64,000 nt of DNA from Escherichia phage PSD2002, in sequence record OK335775.1, one strand, 5' to 3'. Numbering within the stretch: position 1 is the stretch's first letter; every line of letters starts with the position of its first letter. This document shows, one piece after another, positions 17,208 to 26,520 of this stretch. The notes under the pieces were generated by a model, which saw only the letters and a program-made list of their open reading frames with translations, had not been told where the DNA came from and searched no databases. Made by a program: the position numbers and the translations under genes.

Positions 17208-17637
17208 TCAAGAACTTGAATTTGAAAAAGGTAAATGGTACTATTTTAAAGATGATGCGGCAGAAGCTGAATTCCGTAAGCTGAATTCCCATAATATTAG
17301 GAATCCTAATAATTCTTCTATAGCAGATATCATTGTCAATTCTGAAGGTTTTTGCCCTGTTAGATTAGCGGCAGGTTATGTGATGAACGTGGACTTGGCT
17401 TATGGTGATAACACTGATATGGTTTTATATCCAAGCGAGCGTAAATTCTTTACAGAAATGGTTGTAGTTGACAGTGAAGACGAATGGGCTGAAGATGGTT
17501 TCTCTGAAGACGAAGACCGGTCTGAAGATGCAGCTCCATTCGAACCGAGTGATTTTCCTTTAACTAAAATCACTATCTCTAATAATTCTGAAGCCTGGTC
17601 AGTTTTCCAGATGTTGAAAGCTCACTTTAAGGAATAA
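17200..17637 (+). CDS. Hypothetical protein with acidic C-terminal region
   Basis: 145 aa from ATG 17200; DSEDEWAEDGFSEDEDRSED acidic stretch. Confidence 0.45.
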   Translation: MLNQELEFEKGKWYYFKDDAAEAEFRKLNSHNIRNPNNSSIADIIVNSEGFCPVRLAAGYVMNVDLAYGDNTDMVLYPSERKFFTEMVVVDSEDEWAEDGFSEDEDRSEDAAPFEPSDFPLTKITISNNSEAWSVFQMLKAHFKE

Positions 17638-17638
17638 T

Positions 17639-17815
17639 ATGCCACTTTATGATTACAAATGCCAATCTGAAGACTGTGCAAAAGAATACGAAAAAATCAA
17701 GAAAATCTCTGAAAGAGATAATGATGTTTGTCCTGATTGCCATCGGCTGGCTGTTCGGTTAGTCTCGGCTCCTAAACATGTTAATGGCGGTTTTTACGAC
17801 CTGCTGACTAAGTGA
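17639..17815 (+). CDS. Small zinc-ribbon protein (FmdB-like CxxC...CxxC)
   Basis: 58 aa; MPLYDYKCQSEDC...CPDCH. Confidence 0.4.
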   Translation: MPLYDYKCQSEDCAKEYEKIKKISERDNDVCPDCHRLAVRLVSAPKHVNGGFYDLLTK

Positions 17816-17821
17816 GAAATT

Positions 17822-18082
17822 ATGAAATATATTAATCGTTCTATTGCAGCTCTCGTATTAGCAGTTTCTTTGGTTGGATGTACTGATGCCGATAATGCTA
17901 CCCGTGTATTGGATGCAAATGGCTACGAACAAATCCAAATCACAGGATACAACCTATTTGGCTGCTCTGAAGATGATTTCCAACGTACAGGCTTTATTGC
18001 TGTGGGTCCGACAGGTAAAAGGGTTGAAGGAACTGTTTGTTCTGGATTATTCTTTAAAAAGTCGACCATTCGATTTGATTAA
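17822..18082 (+). CDS. Putative lipoprotein
   Basis: 86 aa; signal peptide with lipobox LVGC; terminator follows. Confidence 0.5.
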   Translation: MKYINRSIAALVLAVSLVGCTDADNATRVLDANGYEQIQITGYNLFGCSEDDFQRTGFIAVGPTGKRVEGTVCSGLFFKKSTIRFD

Positions 18083-18100
18083 GGGCTTCGGCCCTTTTAT
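18083..18100 (+). terminator. Rho-independent terminator upstream of gene 39
   Basis: GGGC-TTCG-GCCC plus TTTTAT. Confidence 0.55.
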
Positions 18101-18124
18101 GCTTTAAGTGAAATGGGATAATAT
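18099..18124 (+). promoter_or_regulatory. Middle promoter (MotA box) for gene 39
   Basis: ATGCTTTA followed about 12 bp later by TAATAT. Confidence 0.5.
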
Positions 18125-18148
18125 TCTCCTACTACATGAGGAAATAAC

Positions 18149-19966
18149 ATGATTAAGAATGAAATTAAAGTACTGTCCGACATTGAACATATCAAAAAAC
18201 GTAGTGGGATGTATATTGGCTCCAGTGCTAATGAAGCTCACGGTCGATTCCTGTTTGGCAATTTTACACAGGTAAACTATGTTCCTGGACTGGTTAAATT
18301 AATTGATGAAATCATTGATAACTCTGTCGATGAAGCTATTCGTACCAATTTTAAATTCGCAAATAAAATTGATGTTCAAATTAAGAATAACCAGGTTTCA
18401 GTTTCTGATAATGGTCGTGGTATTCCACAAGCAATGGTCACAGACCAAAATGGTGAACAGATTCCAGGTCCTGTAGCTGCATGGACTATTCCAAAGGCAG
18501 GTGGTAACTTTGGAGATGACGCTGAGCGTAAGACAGGCGGCATGAATGGTGTCGGTAGTAGTTTAACTAATATCTTCTCTGTTTTGTTCACAGGCATCAC
18601 CTCTGATGGTGAGAATGAGATTACTGTTAACTGTTCAAACGGAATGGAAAACAAAGGTTGGTCTACTAAGAAATCTAAAGGTAAGGGTACTTCGGTTATA
18701 TTCACCCCAGACTTTAATCATTTCGAAGAAAATAGCCTGTCACAAATTTATCTGGATATTACATTAGACCGATTGCAAACTCTGGCCGTAGTTTATCCTG
18801 ATATTCAATTTACTTTTAATGGTAAAAAAGTAGATGGCAACTTTAAAAAGTATGCTAAGCAATTTGGTGAAGACTTTGTAATCCAAGAAACCGATAATGT
18901 TTCGATGGCGTTCACTCCTTCTCCGGATGGATTCCGTCAACTGACTTATGTAAACAATATCCACACCAAGAATGGTGGCCACCACGTTGAATGTGTATTC
19001 GATGATATTTGTGAACACCTTCTGCCAGGCATTAAAAAGAAATACCGTGGAATTGAAGTAACTAAAGCTCGTGTTAAAGAATGCCTTACGATGGTGATGT
19101 TCATTCGTGATATGAGCAACATGCGTTTTGATTCACAGACTAAAGAACGTTTGACCTCTCCTTTTGGTGAGATTCGCAATCATATCCAAATTGATGCTAA
19201 GAAAATTGCTCAAGCCATTCTTAAAGTTGATGGGTTGATTATGCCTATCGTTGAAGCTGCTTTAGCACGTAAATTAGCAGCTGAAAAGGCCGCTGAAACT
19301 AAAGCCGCTAAGAAAGCTTCTAAAGCCAAGGTCCATAAGCATATTAAAGCTAACTTATACGGCAAAGATGCTGATACAACCCTGTTCCTAACCGAAGGTG
19401 ATTCCGCTATGGGTCCTTTCATTGAAGTTCGTAATAAAGACCTTCAAGGTGGTTATCCATTACGTGGTAAGGTTATGAATACCTGGGGAATGACAGCAAC
19501 AGATATCATGAAGAACAAGGAGCTATTTGATATCTGTGCAATCACTGGATTGGTTATTGGTGAACCTGCAGAGAAAACCAACTATCGTAATATCGCCATC
19601 ATGACCGATGCCGATGTGGATGGTACTGGTTCGATTTATCCATCATTGCTAGCCTTCTTTAGTCAATGGCCTGAATTGTTCGAACAAGGCCGAGTACGTT
19701 TCTGTAAAACACCTGTAATTATTGCCCAGGTTGGTAAAGAACAGGAATGGTTCTATGATGTGCCTAGTTATACCAAAGCTAAGGACTCTCTACCAAAACA
19801 CTCCATTCGTTATATCAAAGGACTGGGTTCTCTTGAGAAGGCTGAATACCGTCGAATGATTCAAGACCCTAAATTTGATGTGGTTCAATTACCTGAAGAT
19901 TGGAAAGAACAGTTCGAAATGCTCCTTGGTAATGACCCACAACTCCGTAAGGCCTGGATGTCGTAA
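18149..19966 (+). CDS. 39: DNA topoisomerase II large (GyrB-like) subunit, fused gp39+gp60 form
   Basis: 605 aa single ORF; ATPase and Toprim regions; T4 splits this protein into 39 and 60 whereas T2-type phages encode one fused protein. Confidence 0.9.
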   Translation: MIKNEIKVLSDIEHIKKRSGMYIGSSANEAHGRFLFGNFTQVNYVPGLVKLIDEIIDNSVDEAIRTNFKFANKIDVQIKNNQVSVSDNGRGIPQAMVTDQNGEQIPGPVAAWTIPKAGGNFGDDAERKTGGMNGVGSSLTNIFSVLFTGITSDGENEITVNCSNGMENKGWSTKKSKGKGTSVIFTPDFNHFEENSLSQIYLDITLDRLQTLAVVYPDIQFTFNGKKVDGNFKKYAKQFGEDFVIQETDNVSMAFTPSPDGFRQLTYVNNIHTKNGGHHVECVFDDICEHLLPGIKKKYRGIEVTKARVKECLTMVMFIRDMSNMRFDSQTKERLTSPFGEIRNHIQIDAKKIAQAILKVDGLIMPIVEAALARKLAAEKAAETKAAKKASKAKVHKHIKANLYGKDADTTLFLTEGDSAMGPFIEVRNKDLQGGYPLRGKVMNTWGMTATDIMKNKELFDICAITGLVIGEPAEKTNYRNIAIMTDADVDGTGSIYPSLLAFFSQWPELFEQGRVRFCKTPVIIAQVGKEQEWFYDVPSYTKAKDSLPKHSIRYIKGLGSLEKAEYRRMIQDPKFDVVQLPEDWKEQFEMLLGNDPQLRKAWMS

Positions 19967-20010
19967 TAAATACGTATGGTACTAATTGGTGCCATACAAA
20001 AGGAGACTTT

Positions 20011-20172
20011 ATGAGAAAGTACTGGGTTACGCTCGTCACCGGTGAATACGGTTATATCTGGACTGATACTAGACCTCAGTTTGCAGAATACGTGACTATT
20101 ACAGTCGAGACATGGGACGGCGAAGTTTACCAAACCCGCGGACAAGTCTATAAGGTCGATTCAAGTAACTAA
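20011..20172 (+). CDS. Hypothetical small protein
   Basis: 53-aa ORF below cutoff, followed by terminator hairpin. Confidence 0.3.
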   Translation: MRKYWVTLVTGEYGYIWTDTRPQFAEYVTITVETWDGEVYQTRGQVYKVDSSN

Positions 20173-20175
20173 TAA

Positions 20176-20196
20176 GGGCCTTCGGGCCCTTTTCGG
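20176..20196 (+). terminator. Rho-independent terminator
   Basis: GGGCC-TTCG-GGCCC plus TTTTCGG. Confidence 0.6.
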
Positions 20197-20197
20197 G

Positions 20198-20221
20198 GTT
20201 TACAAAGACCCGTGGTTATGA
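20198..20221 (+). promoter_or_regulatory. Early promoter
   Basis: GTTTAC immediately after a terminator; -10-like TATGAT. Confidence 0.45.
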
Positions 20222-20244
20222 TAGGATTATCTAGAGGTGAGAAT

Positions 20245-20568
20245 ATGATTATGCAAGATAACAGTATAGTGAACACTGACAACCTGGCTCTATCCTTTAT
20301 GGAAACGGCCATTCGTAACTGTAAAGATGAAGGAGTAGTGACTACAAGCGGTAAGGGACTTGAATACCTTAAGGTTGTAAAATCTATTGCCTTAAAGATT
20401 AAAGATAACCAGGCGCTCTCTCCTGTGGTCCAGGAAAAGGTTTTAGAGATAATGTATCGCCACAGAGAGCACAAAAGTACAATGGGTTCTATGAGAAGAA
20501 TTCTGGCTGAACTAGGTTCTACCAGAGAATATGTTCAACATGAGGTAGTTAAAAATGACAAACTTTAA
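20245..20568 (+). CDS. Hypothetical protein
   Basis: ATG 20245 after AGAGGTGA. Confidence 0.45.
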   Translation: MIMQDNSIVNTDNLALSFMETAIRNCKDEGVVTTSGKGLEYLKVVKSIALKIKDNQALSPVVQEKVLEIMYRHREHKSTMGSMRRILAELGSTREYVQHEVVKNDKL

Positions 20569-20758
20569 AGTGAATATTGATTTGTTCGATAAAGCCGTCC
20601 ATAAAGAATTCCGGTTAATCCAACGATTTTTTGATATCAATGCGGCTGAGGATTTTAAAGAACGCTTTAAAGAAATCAGATATAAAATACTCAACGACAT
20701 CGCTACTAAGGACGAGCTCCTTGAAGTGGCAGACATTTTTAAACGTAACCTGAATTGA
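20555..20758 (+). CDS. Hypothetical small protein (rIIA.1 position)
   Basis: 67-aa ORF immediately upstream of rIIA. Confidence 0.4.
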   Translation: MTNFKVNIDLFDKAVHKEFRLIQRFFDINAAEDFKERFKEIRYKILNDIATKDELLEVADIFKRNLN

Positions 20759-20765
20759 GAAAAAT

Positions 20766-22976
20766 ATGATTATTGAAACCGAAAAAGAACAAATCATTGG
20801 TAATGGTGCTAAGTCCACAGGCTTTACTATTCAGGCATCGCCTAAGGTCTTTAAAATTTTGTCATCAGACCTTTATAGTAATAAAGTACGTGCCGTAGTT
20901 CGTGAACTAATTACCAACATGATTGATGCCCATATTCTAAATGGTAATAAAGAACGTTGGAAAGTACAGGTTCCTGGTAAACTGGACCCTCGCTTTGTAT
21001 GCCGTGACTTCGGGCCGGGTATGAGTGATTTCCAAATTCGTGGTGATGAAAACGAAACAGGTTTGTATAACTCTTATTTCGCGTCGTCCAAAACCGCTTC
21101 TAACGATTTCATCGGCGGCTTTGGCCTTGGTTCAAAATCTCCGTTCAGTTATACCGAAACGTTTAATATTACCTCATGGCACAATGGCGAAGTTCGCGGT
21201 TATGTAGCATATATGGATGGTGATGGCCCGCAGATTAAACCTACTTTCGTAGAACCTATGCAGCCAGGTGATAAAACAGGTATCGAAATCACGGTTCCTG
21301 TTGATGAAGAAGATTTCCGTAAGTTTGAAACTGAAGTTCGTTATATCATGCGGCCTTTCATTGGTCTTGGTGATGTAGACGGTGTTGAAGTTGATTATTT
21401 CCCTGAATTTGACGATTACCATCCTGTAACCACTACAAATTATGGCAGCTTCGAACGTTCAGGACTTTATGCAGTTTATGGTGGTATTGTTTATCCATTG
21501 GATTCCGCCTATAATAAAGGCACGTGGATGCGTACTCGCCATGATGTGGTTTATATTAAGTTCCCTATGGGTTCACTGGATATTGCTCCTTCTCGTGAAG
21601 TGATGTCTCTTGATAAACGTACGATGGAAAATATTGCAACCCGTATCGAAGCACTGGATGCAGTGGTCTTTAAAAACGATACACAGGAATGGGTTGAATC
21701 TGATAATCCACGCCATGTTTATCGTGACCTTTCTAACCTTGGTTACAGTGCTCGTGACTATCTTACCAAAAAAGGTGGAACTAGCCTGTTTACTACAGAA
21801 AAATTGACATATGAGAAATTATACCAGCGTTATACCCTTCAAAACGACCTTATTAATTTAGGTGTGGTTTACGAAGTCGTTTCAGACCCGCGTTTGAAAC
21901 GAATTAAGCCGAGTGGTAATACTTCTTCAGTAGCAGGACTTAGTAATTTATTAGGCATTAATAAGAAAGAAATCCATGTTGTTTATGATGATGAAAAAGG
22001 TCGTGTACCTCTGGTTCGAGGACTTTGGGCTCTAGCAATGGACAACAGTGCTTCGGCTAAGAAAATTGTTAAAGAGAACAATATTCCTAAATACGGAACT
22101 GACCTTATTTTTGTCGACCCAAATTCAATGTTGCAAATGCAACAACTTGAAAAGGTTAAAGAACTTTTTAAAGGTGACACAATTCATTTTTATAAAGTCT
22201 CTGAACTGAATAAAATTGTTAAGCCATGGATTCCGGTTACGGTTCGTTCGTCAGAACCGCGTCCTAAAACACCGAGTGCTTATCGTTGGTTCATTAAAGA
22301 CGGGCGCTGGCAACAAGAGACCATGTATTTGACTGCTGCCGAAGCAGAAGAAATTACAGGTTATGTTCTGTTTGGCAGTCGTTCTGATATTATGGGAATG
22401 GATGAAGCTTATGGTATCTTTGACATCAATACCACTACCATGTGTCGTATGGCTAATTTGATTGGTGCTACCGAATTCCATATCATTCGCCCTCAGATTG
22501 CCAAAAAGATTAAAAAGTTAGGCCAATGCGAATGCTTGATGGAAGCTACATTAGAAGCTTATGCTGAAGCCTTAGACGCGGTAGATGTTGATGACTACCT
22601 TGGTAGCAATACTCGAGCTCGGTATTACCTTGAAATCATTGCTAAGTTCCCTCAGCTTAATTTCATGACCAAGTATTTCAGTGATAAGCCGGTAACTGAA
22701 GCATATACTCGTCTGAGTAATTTCTATGATATATTCCGTTATATGAATTTCCATGGTTATATCACTGATGACAAGCTTTCCGTTATCAAGAAAATCTGTA
22801 ATACAACGTTTAATACGTTAACCAATAATGCTTCAAGCAACAATGATAAAATGACTGTACAGTTTGAATCTGATTACCATTTAGTTTCGGACTACATGTA
22901 TCGTCGTGGAACATCCATTACCGAGGCTTCTGTAGCTCAAATCGTTAAATTCATGAAAGCCGTGGAAGCGGCTTAA
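20766..22976 (+). CDS. rIIA: rIIA membrane-associated protein
   Basis: 736 aa; N-terminal ATPase-like region; strong match to T4 rIIA as recalled; followed by rIIB. Confidence 0.95.
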   Translation: MIIETEKEQIIGNGAKSTGFTIQASPKVFKILSSDLYSNKVRAVVRELITNMIDAHILNGNKERWKVQVPGKLDPRFVCRDFGPGMSDFQIRGDENETGLYNSYFASSKTASNDFIGGFGLGSKSPFSYTETFNITSWHNGEVRGYVAYMDGDGPQIKPTFVEPMQPGDKTGIEITVPVDEEDFRKFETEVRYIMRPFIGLGDVDGVEVDYFPEFDDYHPVTTTNYGSFERSGLYAVYGGIVYPLDSAYNKGTWMRTRHDVVYIKFPMGSLDIAPSREVMSLDKRTMENIATRIEALDAVVFKNDTQEWVESDNPRHVYRDLSNLGYSARDYLTKKGGTSLFTTEKLTYEKLYQRYTLQNDLINLGVVYEVVSDPRLKRIKPSGNTSSVAGLSNLLGINKKEIHVVYDDEKGRVPLVRGLWALAMDNSASAKKIVKENNIPKYGTDLIFVDPNSMLQMQQLEKVKELFKGDTIHFYKVSELNKIVKPWIPVTVRSSEPRPKTPSAYRWFIKDGRWQQETMYLTAAEAEEITGYVLFGSRSDIMGMDEAYGIFDINTTTMCRMANLIGATEFHIIRPQIAKKIKKLGQCECLMEATLEAYAEALDAVDVDDYLGSNTRARYYLEIIAKFPQLNFMTKYFSDKPVTEAYTRLSNFYDIFRYMNFHGYITDDKLSVIKKICNTTFNTLTNNASSNNDKMTVQFESDYHLVSDYMYRRGTSITEASVAQIVKFMKAVEAA

Positions 22977-22990
22977 TCTAAGGAAATATT

Positions 22991-23956
22991 ATGTACAATA
23001 TTAAATGTCTGGCTAAATCTGAACAAGAGAAAGTAGTTTCCCTCTATAAATCCGGTAATTATACTCAGCAAGAACTAGCTGACTGGTATGGTGTTTCGGT
23101 TGATACCATTCGTAAAGTTCTGAAAAATGATGAAGAAGCTAAACGTTCTCAAGTGGTTATTACCGGAAATGTTACGGTAACAGTTCCTAACCTGCTGGTT
23201 GTTCCTGTTGAAGCCACTATTGGCGGTTCTCGTCCTGAAATTATTTGGAATGCCAGTTCTAAATTCGTATCCATCACTGAAGGTCGTACAGTATGGAACA
23301 CTACTAATAAGAATAAACATTTCGATGCCATCGTACAGGCTCTTAAAGAATCCCGTTTCGATGATGCAATTAAACTGATTTCTATTAAAGAAGCTGTTAA
23401 AGCATTTGTTAAAGGTAACGTTCGTATTGAAGGTGGACGTCTGGTTTACCAAGGCATTGAATTGCGTTCAGGGCTGATTGACCGTATTATCACTTCAATG
23501 GAAAATGGTGAAGACTTCGAATTCTACCTGCCGTTCCTTGAAAACCTGTTAGAAAACCCAAGCGAAAAAGCTGTACAGCGTCTGTTCGACTTCCTGGTGG
23601 CAAACGACATCAAAATTACTGAAGATGGTCACTTTATTACGTGGAAGGTGGTTAACTCCGATTACACCGACTGCCGTACCGGTACGTTTGATAACTCACC
23701 AGGCAAACCGGTTAAAATGCCTCGTTCTCGTGTAAATGATGACGACGAAGTAACCTGTTCAAGTGGTCTGCACGTTTGCTCTCGTAGTTATATCAGTCAT
23801 TTTGGTAACTCAAGCTGTAAAGTGGTTTCATGTAAAGTTAACCCACGTGATGTTGTTAGTATTCCGGTCGATTACGGTGATGCTAAAATGCGTGTATGTT
23901 ATTATGAAGTTCTAGAAGACGTCACCGAACAGTTCGCAAACGAATACAAATACTAA
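22991..23956 (+). CDS. rIIB: rIIB protein
   Basis: 321 aa directly after rIIA; size and position as T4 rIIB. Confidence 0.9.
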   Translation: MYNIKCLAKSEQEKVVSLYKSGNYTQQELADWYGVSVDTIRKVLKNDEEAKRSQVVITGNVTVTVPNLLVVPVEATIGGSRPEIIWNASSKFVSITEGRTVWNTTNKNKHFDAIVQALKESRFDDAIKLISIKEAVKAFVKGNVRIEGGRLVYQGIELRSGLIDRIITSMENGEDFEFYLPFLENLLENPSEKAVQRLFDFLVANDIKITEDGHFITWKVVNSDYTDCRTGTFDNSPGKPVKMPRSRVNDDDEVTCSSGLHVCSRSYISHFGNSSCKVVSCKVNPRDVVSIPVDYGDAKMRVCYYEVLEDVTEQFANEYKY

Positions 23957-23965
23957 ATCAATAAC

Positions 23966-23981
23966 GGAGGCTTCGGCCTCC
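23966..23981 (+). other. GC hairpin with TTCG loop after rIIB (no U-tract)
   Basis: GGAGGC-TTCG-GCCTCC directly abutting the SD of the next ORF; similar hairpins at 27029-27046, 52620-52633 and 62345-62362. Confidence 0.5.
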
Positions 23982-23993
23982 TAATGAGGAATT

Positions 23994-24191
23994 ATGTTAG
24001 GTTACCAAGCACGTGTAGTTGAAGAATACGACCAGTTGGTTCTTAAAATTAACGCACTAGAAACCTTTATTGAAGGTGGTGTTTTTGAAACTCTTGATAT
24101 CCGTCAACAAGGGTTACTGATTGCACAACTGGACGCGATGGGTGCTTATGCTCATTGTTTAGAGGTTCGTATTTCTTATTTCGGTGAGTAA
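23994..24191 (+). CDS. Hypothetical small protein
   Basis: 65-aa ORF after GC hairpin and SD. Confidence 0.4.
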   Translation: MLGYQARVVEEYDQLVLKINALETFIEGGVFETLDIRQQGLLIAQLDAMGAYAHCLEVRISYFGE

Positions 24192-24192
24192 A

Positions 24193-24492
24193 ATGATTAA
24201 TTATATGAATGTCGGTGAACGCGATATCAAGATTTCTAATTTGCGTGGGTTCCATAAAGCAGGTACTGTTTATTGCGCTAAGCTCGTTAAACACCCGGGT
24301 GATGTTCATTACGCTTTTCTAGAATGCGATGAGGTGGTTGAAGGCGAGTTTCCTTTAGTAGATTCTGATACTTTAGAGCCTAACGACCGAATTTATTATG
24401 GCGAACTTCATATTCGAGGCATTTATGGTGAAGACGAACCCGGGGCTACTCCGATTGGCAGCGATGCCGACATTTACCCTGAAGACATCTGA
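24193..24492 (+). CDS. Hypothetical protein
   Basis: ATG 24193, 1 nt after the previous stop. Confidence 0.4.
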   Translation: MINYMNVGERDIKISNLRGFHKAGTVYCAKLVKHPGDVHYAFLECDEVVEGEFPLVDSDTLEPNDRIYYGELHIRGIYGEDEPGATPIGSDADIYPEDI

Positions 24493-24505
24493 TTTGACAG
24501 GTGAA

Positions 24506-24982
24506 ATGAAGGTTAAGATTAAGGATACCGTACTGTATTCCTTAAGCCAAGACCCGTCCCAAGATAAGAAAGAAGTATTGACTCGGTGTGTCATTGCAAC
24601 GTATGCCGAGTATATGGTTGCTGATTGGTTGAAAGGATATGTTAATAGTGGTCTAGAAGACCATGACGACCCTTATACCTATGCATGGGATGTTTTAGCT
24701 CATCCTATGTATTGTGGACTCCGTGTAGAGGTTAAGACCCATCAATCAGATTCTAAGTGGATTTCCTGTACTACAGGATACTCTGGTGACTTCCCTTATG
24801 GAACAGGGATTAACCTGGGTCCGCTCTTGAATCATAAAGTTGCAGACTGTATAATCATATTCGACACTTCAGTAAATGAGGCAGGCGATGTCCTGTTCAC
24901 TCCTAAGTTCTCTGGTGACAGAGAAGCCATCACAAAGCTAGTCCGTAAGAGTAATTACAACGGCTGGTATCTCGCCTTATAA
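24506..24982 (+). CDS. Hypothetical protein with D...EVK nuclease-like motif (denB position)
   Basis: 158 aa from ATG 24506 (SD AGGTGA); motif YAWDVLAH...LRVEVKTH resembles a PD-(D/E)xK core; lies where T4 has denB. Confidence 0.35.
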   Translation: MKVKIKDTVLYSLSQDPSQDKKEVLTRCVIATYAEYMVADWLKGYVNSGLEDHDDPYTYAWDVLAHPMYCGLRVEVKTHQSDSKWISCTTGYSGDFPYGTGINLGPLLNHKVADCIIIFDTSVNEAGDVLFTPKFSGDREAITKLVRKSNYNGWYLAL

Positions 24983-25058
24983 ATTTTTAAAATAAGTATT
25001 TACATACGCCATGGATGGTGTTACTATCTTCCTATCAACTACACGAGAGGAAAATATT

Positions 25059-25286
25059 ATGACTTCTATTACTTATGTTAAAGCAATCAATCGTAAAATC
25101 GAAGAATATAAATTTGAGAACGGTAAAGTGTTTCACAAGCTTACCAATATTAAAACGGGTAATGTTCAAAAAGATTGGACTGAAGTTACCACTCCTACAG
25201 TAATTAATCTTTACGGTTCTATCGAAAAGTATTGGGAATTTTTAGTAGGTTGGGCTAAACAGCATCCAAAACATTCTGTTGCTTAA
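25059..25286 (+). CDS. Hypothetical small protein
   Basis: ATG 25059 after GAGAGGAAAA; own promoter cassette. Confidence 0.4.
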   Translation: MTSITYVKAINRKIEEYKFENGKVFHKLTNIKTGNVQKDWTEVTTPTVINLYGSIEKYWEFLVGWAKQHPKHSVA

Positions 25287-25342
25287 GTTATAATGCCACG
25301 GATGGTGTTACTATCTTCCTATCAACTAATGAGGAGAACAAA

Positions 25343-25609
25343 ATGGATATCAAATTATATTACGCTAAACACAAAGTTACAGGTATGGTTGTTGCCGCTA
25401 TGTATGATGCATCAGGTGAAGGTGATGATGTTACTACAGAGTTATCTCTTTCTGAATGTAAATTTCTCCGTCCTTTAATCGCATCAAAGGAAGATTTACA
25501 AAAACTTATCGACGGTAAACTGGATAATGTTGACGGCATAGATATTCTTTATGACCTTCGTACTGCATTGCACAGGGGATTAATTGAGATAAAAGAGGTG
25601 GTGTTTTGA
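25343..25609 (+). CDS. Hypothetical small protein
   Basis: 88-aa ORF after GAGGAGAA; promoter cassette near-identical to the upstream one. Confidence 0.4.
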   Translation: MDIKLYYAKHKVTGMVVAAMYDASGEGDDVTTELSLSECKFLRPLIASKEDLQKLIDGKLDNVDGIDILYDLRTALHRGLIEIKEVVF

Positions 25610-25699
25610 GTAGCAAAATGTGGTGCCTTATTTGGATGGCCTGTATCCCAGTGATTTGCGTATGTTTTAGTTTATTGTTGTGGAAATTGGCATAAATCA

Positions 25700-25728
25700 G
25701 TATACATCTCCGTTAATCATGATACTAT
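25700..25728 (+). promoter_or_regulatory. Early promoter
   Basis: GTATAC-N17-TACTAT, with inverted repeat CATCTCC/GGAGATG. Confidence 0.5.
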
Positions 25729-25754
25729 AGACCTATCAACTAATGGAGATGATT

Positions 25755-25865
25755 ATGAAAAACTTACTTAAAGCAATTTGGAACATGTTTGTGTTGTTAA
25801 TGGTATTGAGCATTTTCCCAATCGTTTTTATGATTGACCATGTACGTGTATTCTTTAACTTCTGA
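25755..25865 (+). CDS. Hypothetical small membrane peptide
   Basis: 36-aa hydrophobic ORF after promoter 25700-25728. Confidence 0.3.
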   Translation: MKNLLKAIWNMFVLLMVLSIFPIVFMIDHVRVFFNF

Positions 25866-25875
25866 GGAAAATATT

Positions 25876-26088
25876 ATGAAACTTTTTAAAGATGTTGCAG
25901 TTGGCGAGAGCTTTGTATTACATAATGGTCAACAACTGATTCGTATTTCTCCTTTGCAAGTTGGGACCGAATTACAACCTGTTAATGCTACAGACCTTTA
26001 TGATTCAACTAAGCGCTTTTGTGTAGGACCCAGTGTACAGTGTCTTACCGTTGATGAACTGATGGCTATTTCTGTTGACGCTGAATAA
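25876..26088 (+). CDS. Hypothetical small protein
   Basis: ATG 25876 after GAGGAAAA. Confidence 0.4.
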   Translation: MKLFKDVAVGESFVLHNGQQLIRISPLQVGTELQPVNATDLYDSTKRFCVGPSVQCLTVDELMAISVDAE

Positions 26089-26098
26089 GGAAAATATT

Positions 26099-26443
26099 AT
26101 GTCTAAATTATTTTTTGGTAATCGCAACATTATGTTCTTTAAACAGATTAGCATGTCAGAAACATTTGATTTAAGTTATTCAGGCGACACAAAAGCTGTT
26201 AACCTTAAAAATTTAGCGTCTGCAGAATTTGCATTCTATCAGGACCCTGAAACTGGTTTCTACAAATTTATTAAGTTCCGCATGACTATGGACCGTGATT
26301 ATCGTGACGTTTATTATACAAGTTATGAAAGTGTTATCAATGCAATTCGTGAAGCTTATGGATTGGATTCATTATCTCTTGACCGCCTGTATAATGCAAG
26401 CCTTTACACCAGCGGATTTATTTTAGAACAGCTACAAAAATAG
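26099..26443 (+). CDS. Hypothetical protein
   Basis: 114-aa ORF after AAGGAAAA. Confidence 0.4.
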   Translation: MSKLFFGNRNIMFFKQISMSETFDLSYSGDTKAVNLKNLASAEFAFYQDPETGFYKFIKFRMTMDRDYRDVYYTSYESVINAIREAYGLDSLSLDRLYNASLYTSGFILEQLQK

Positions 26444-26471
26444 TTTACAACCTCGAGAATCATGTTATAAT
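26443..26471 (+). promoter_or_regulatory. Early promoter upstream of ndd
   Basis: GTTTAC-N17-TATAAT. Confidence 0.6.
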
Positions 26472-26520
26472 GGTTCTCGTTGACTGGATAACAAAACATT
26501 AATCTACTGAGGAAATTGAT

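Noticed and set aside
24184-24982. Possible frameshifted single gene (ORFs 24184..24492 and 24398..24982 overlap in different frames)
   Set aside because: The second ORF has its own SD (AGGTGA) and an ATG at 24506, 14 nt after the first ORF's stop, so two adjacent genes explain the data without a frameshift.
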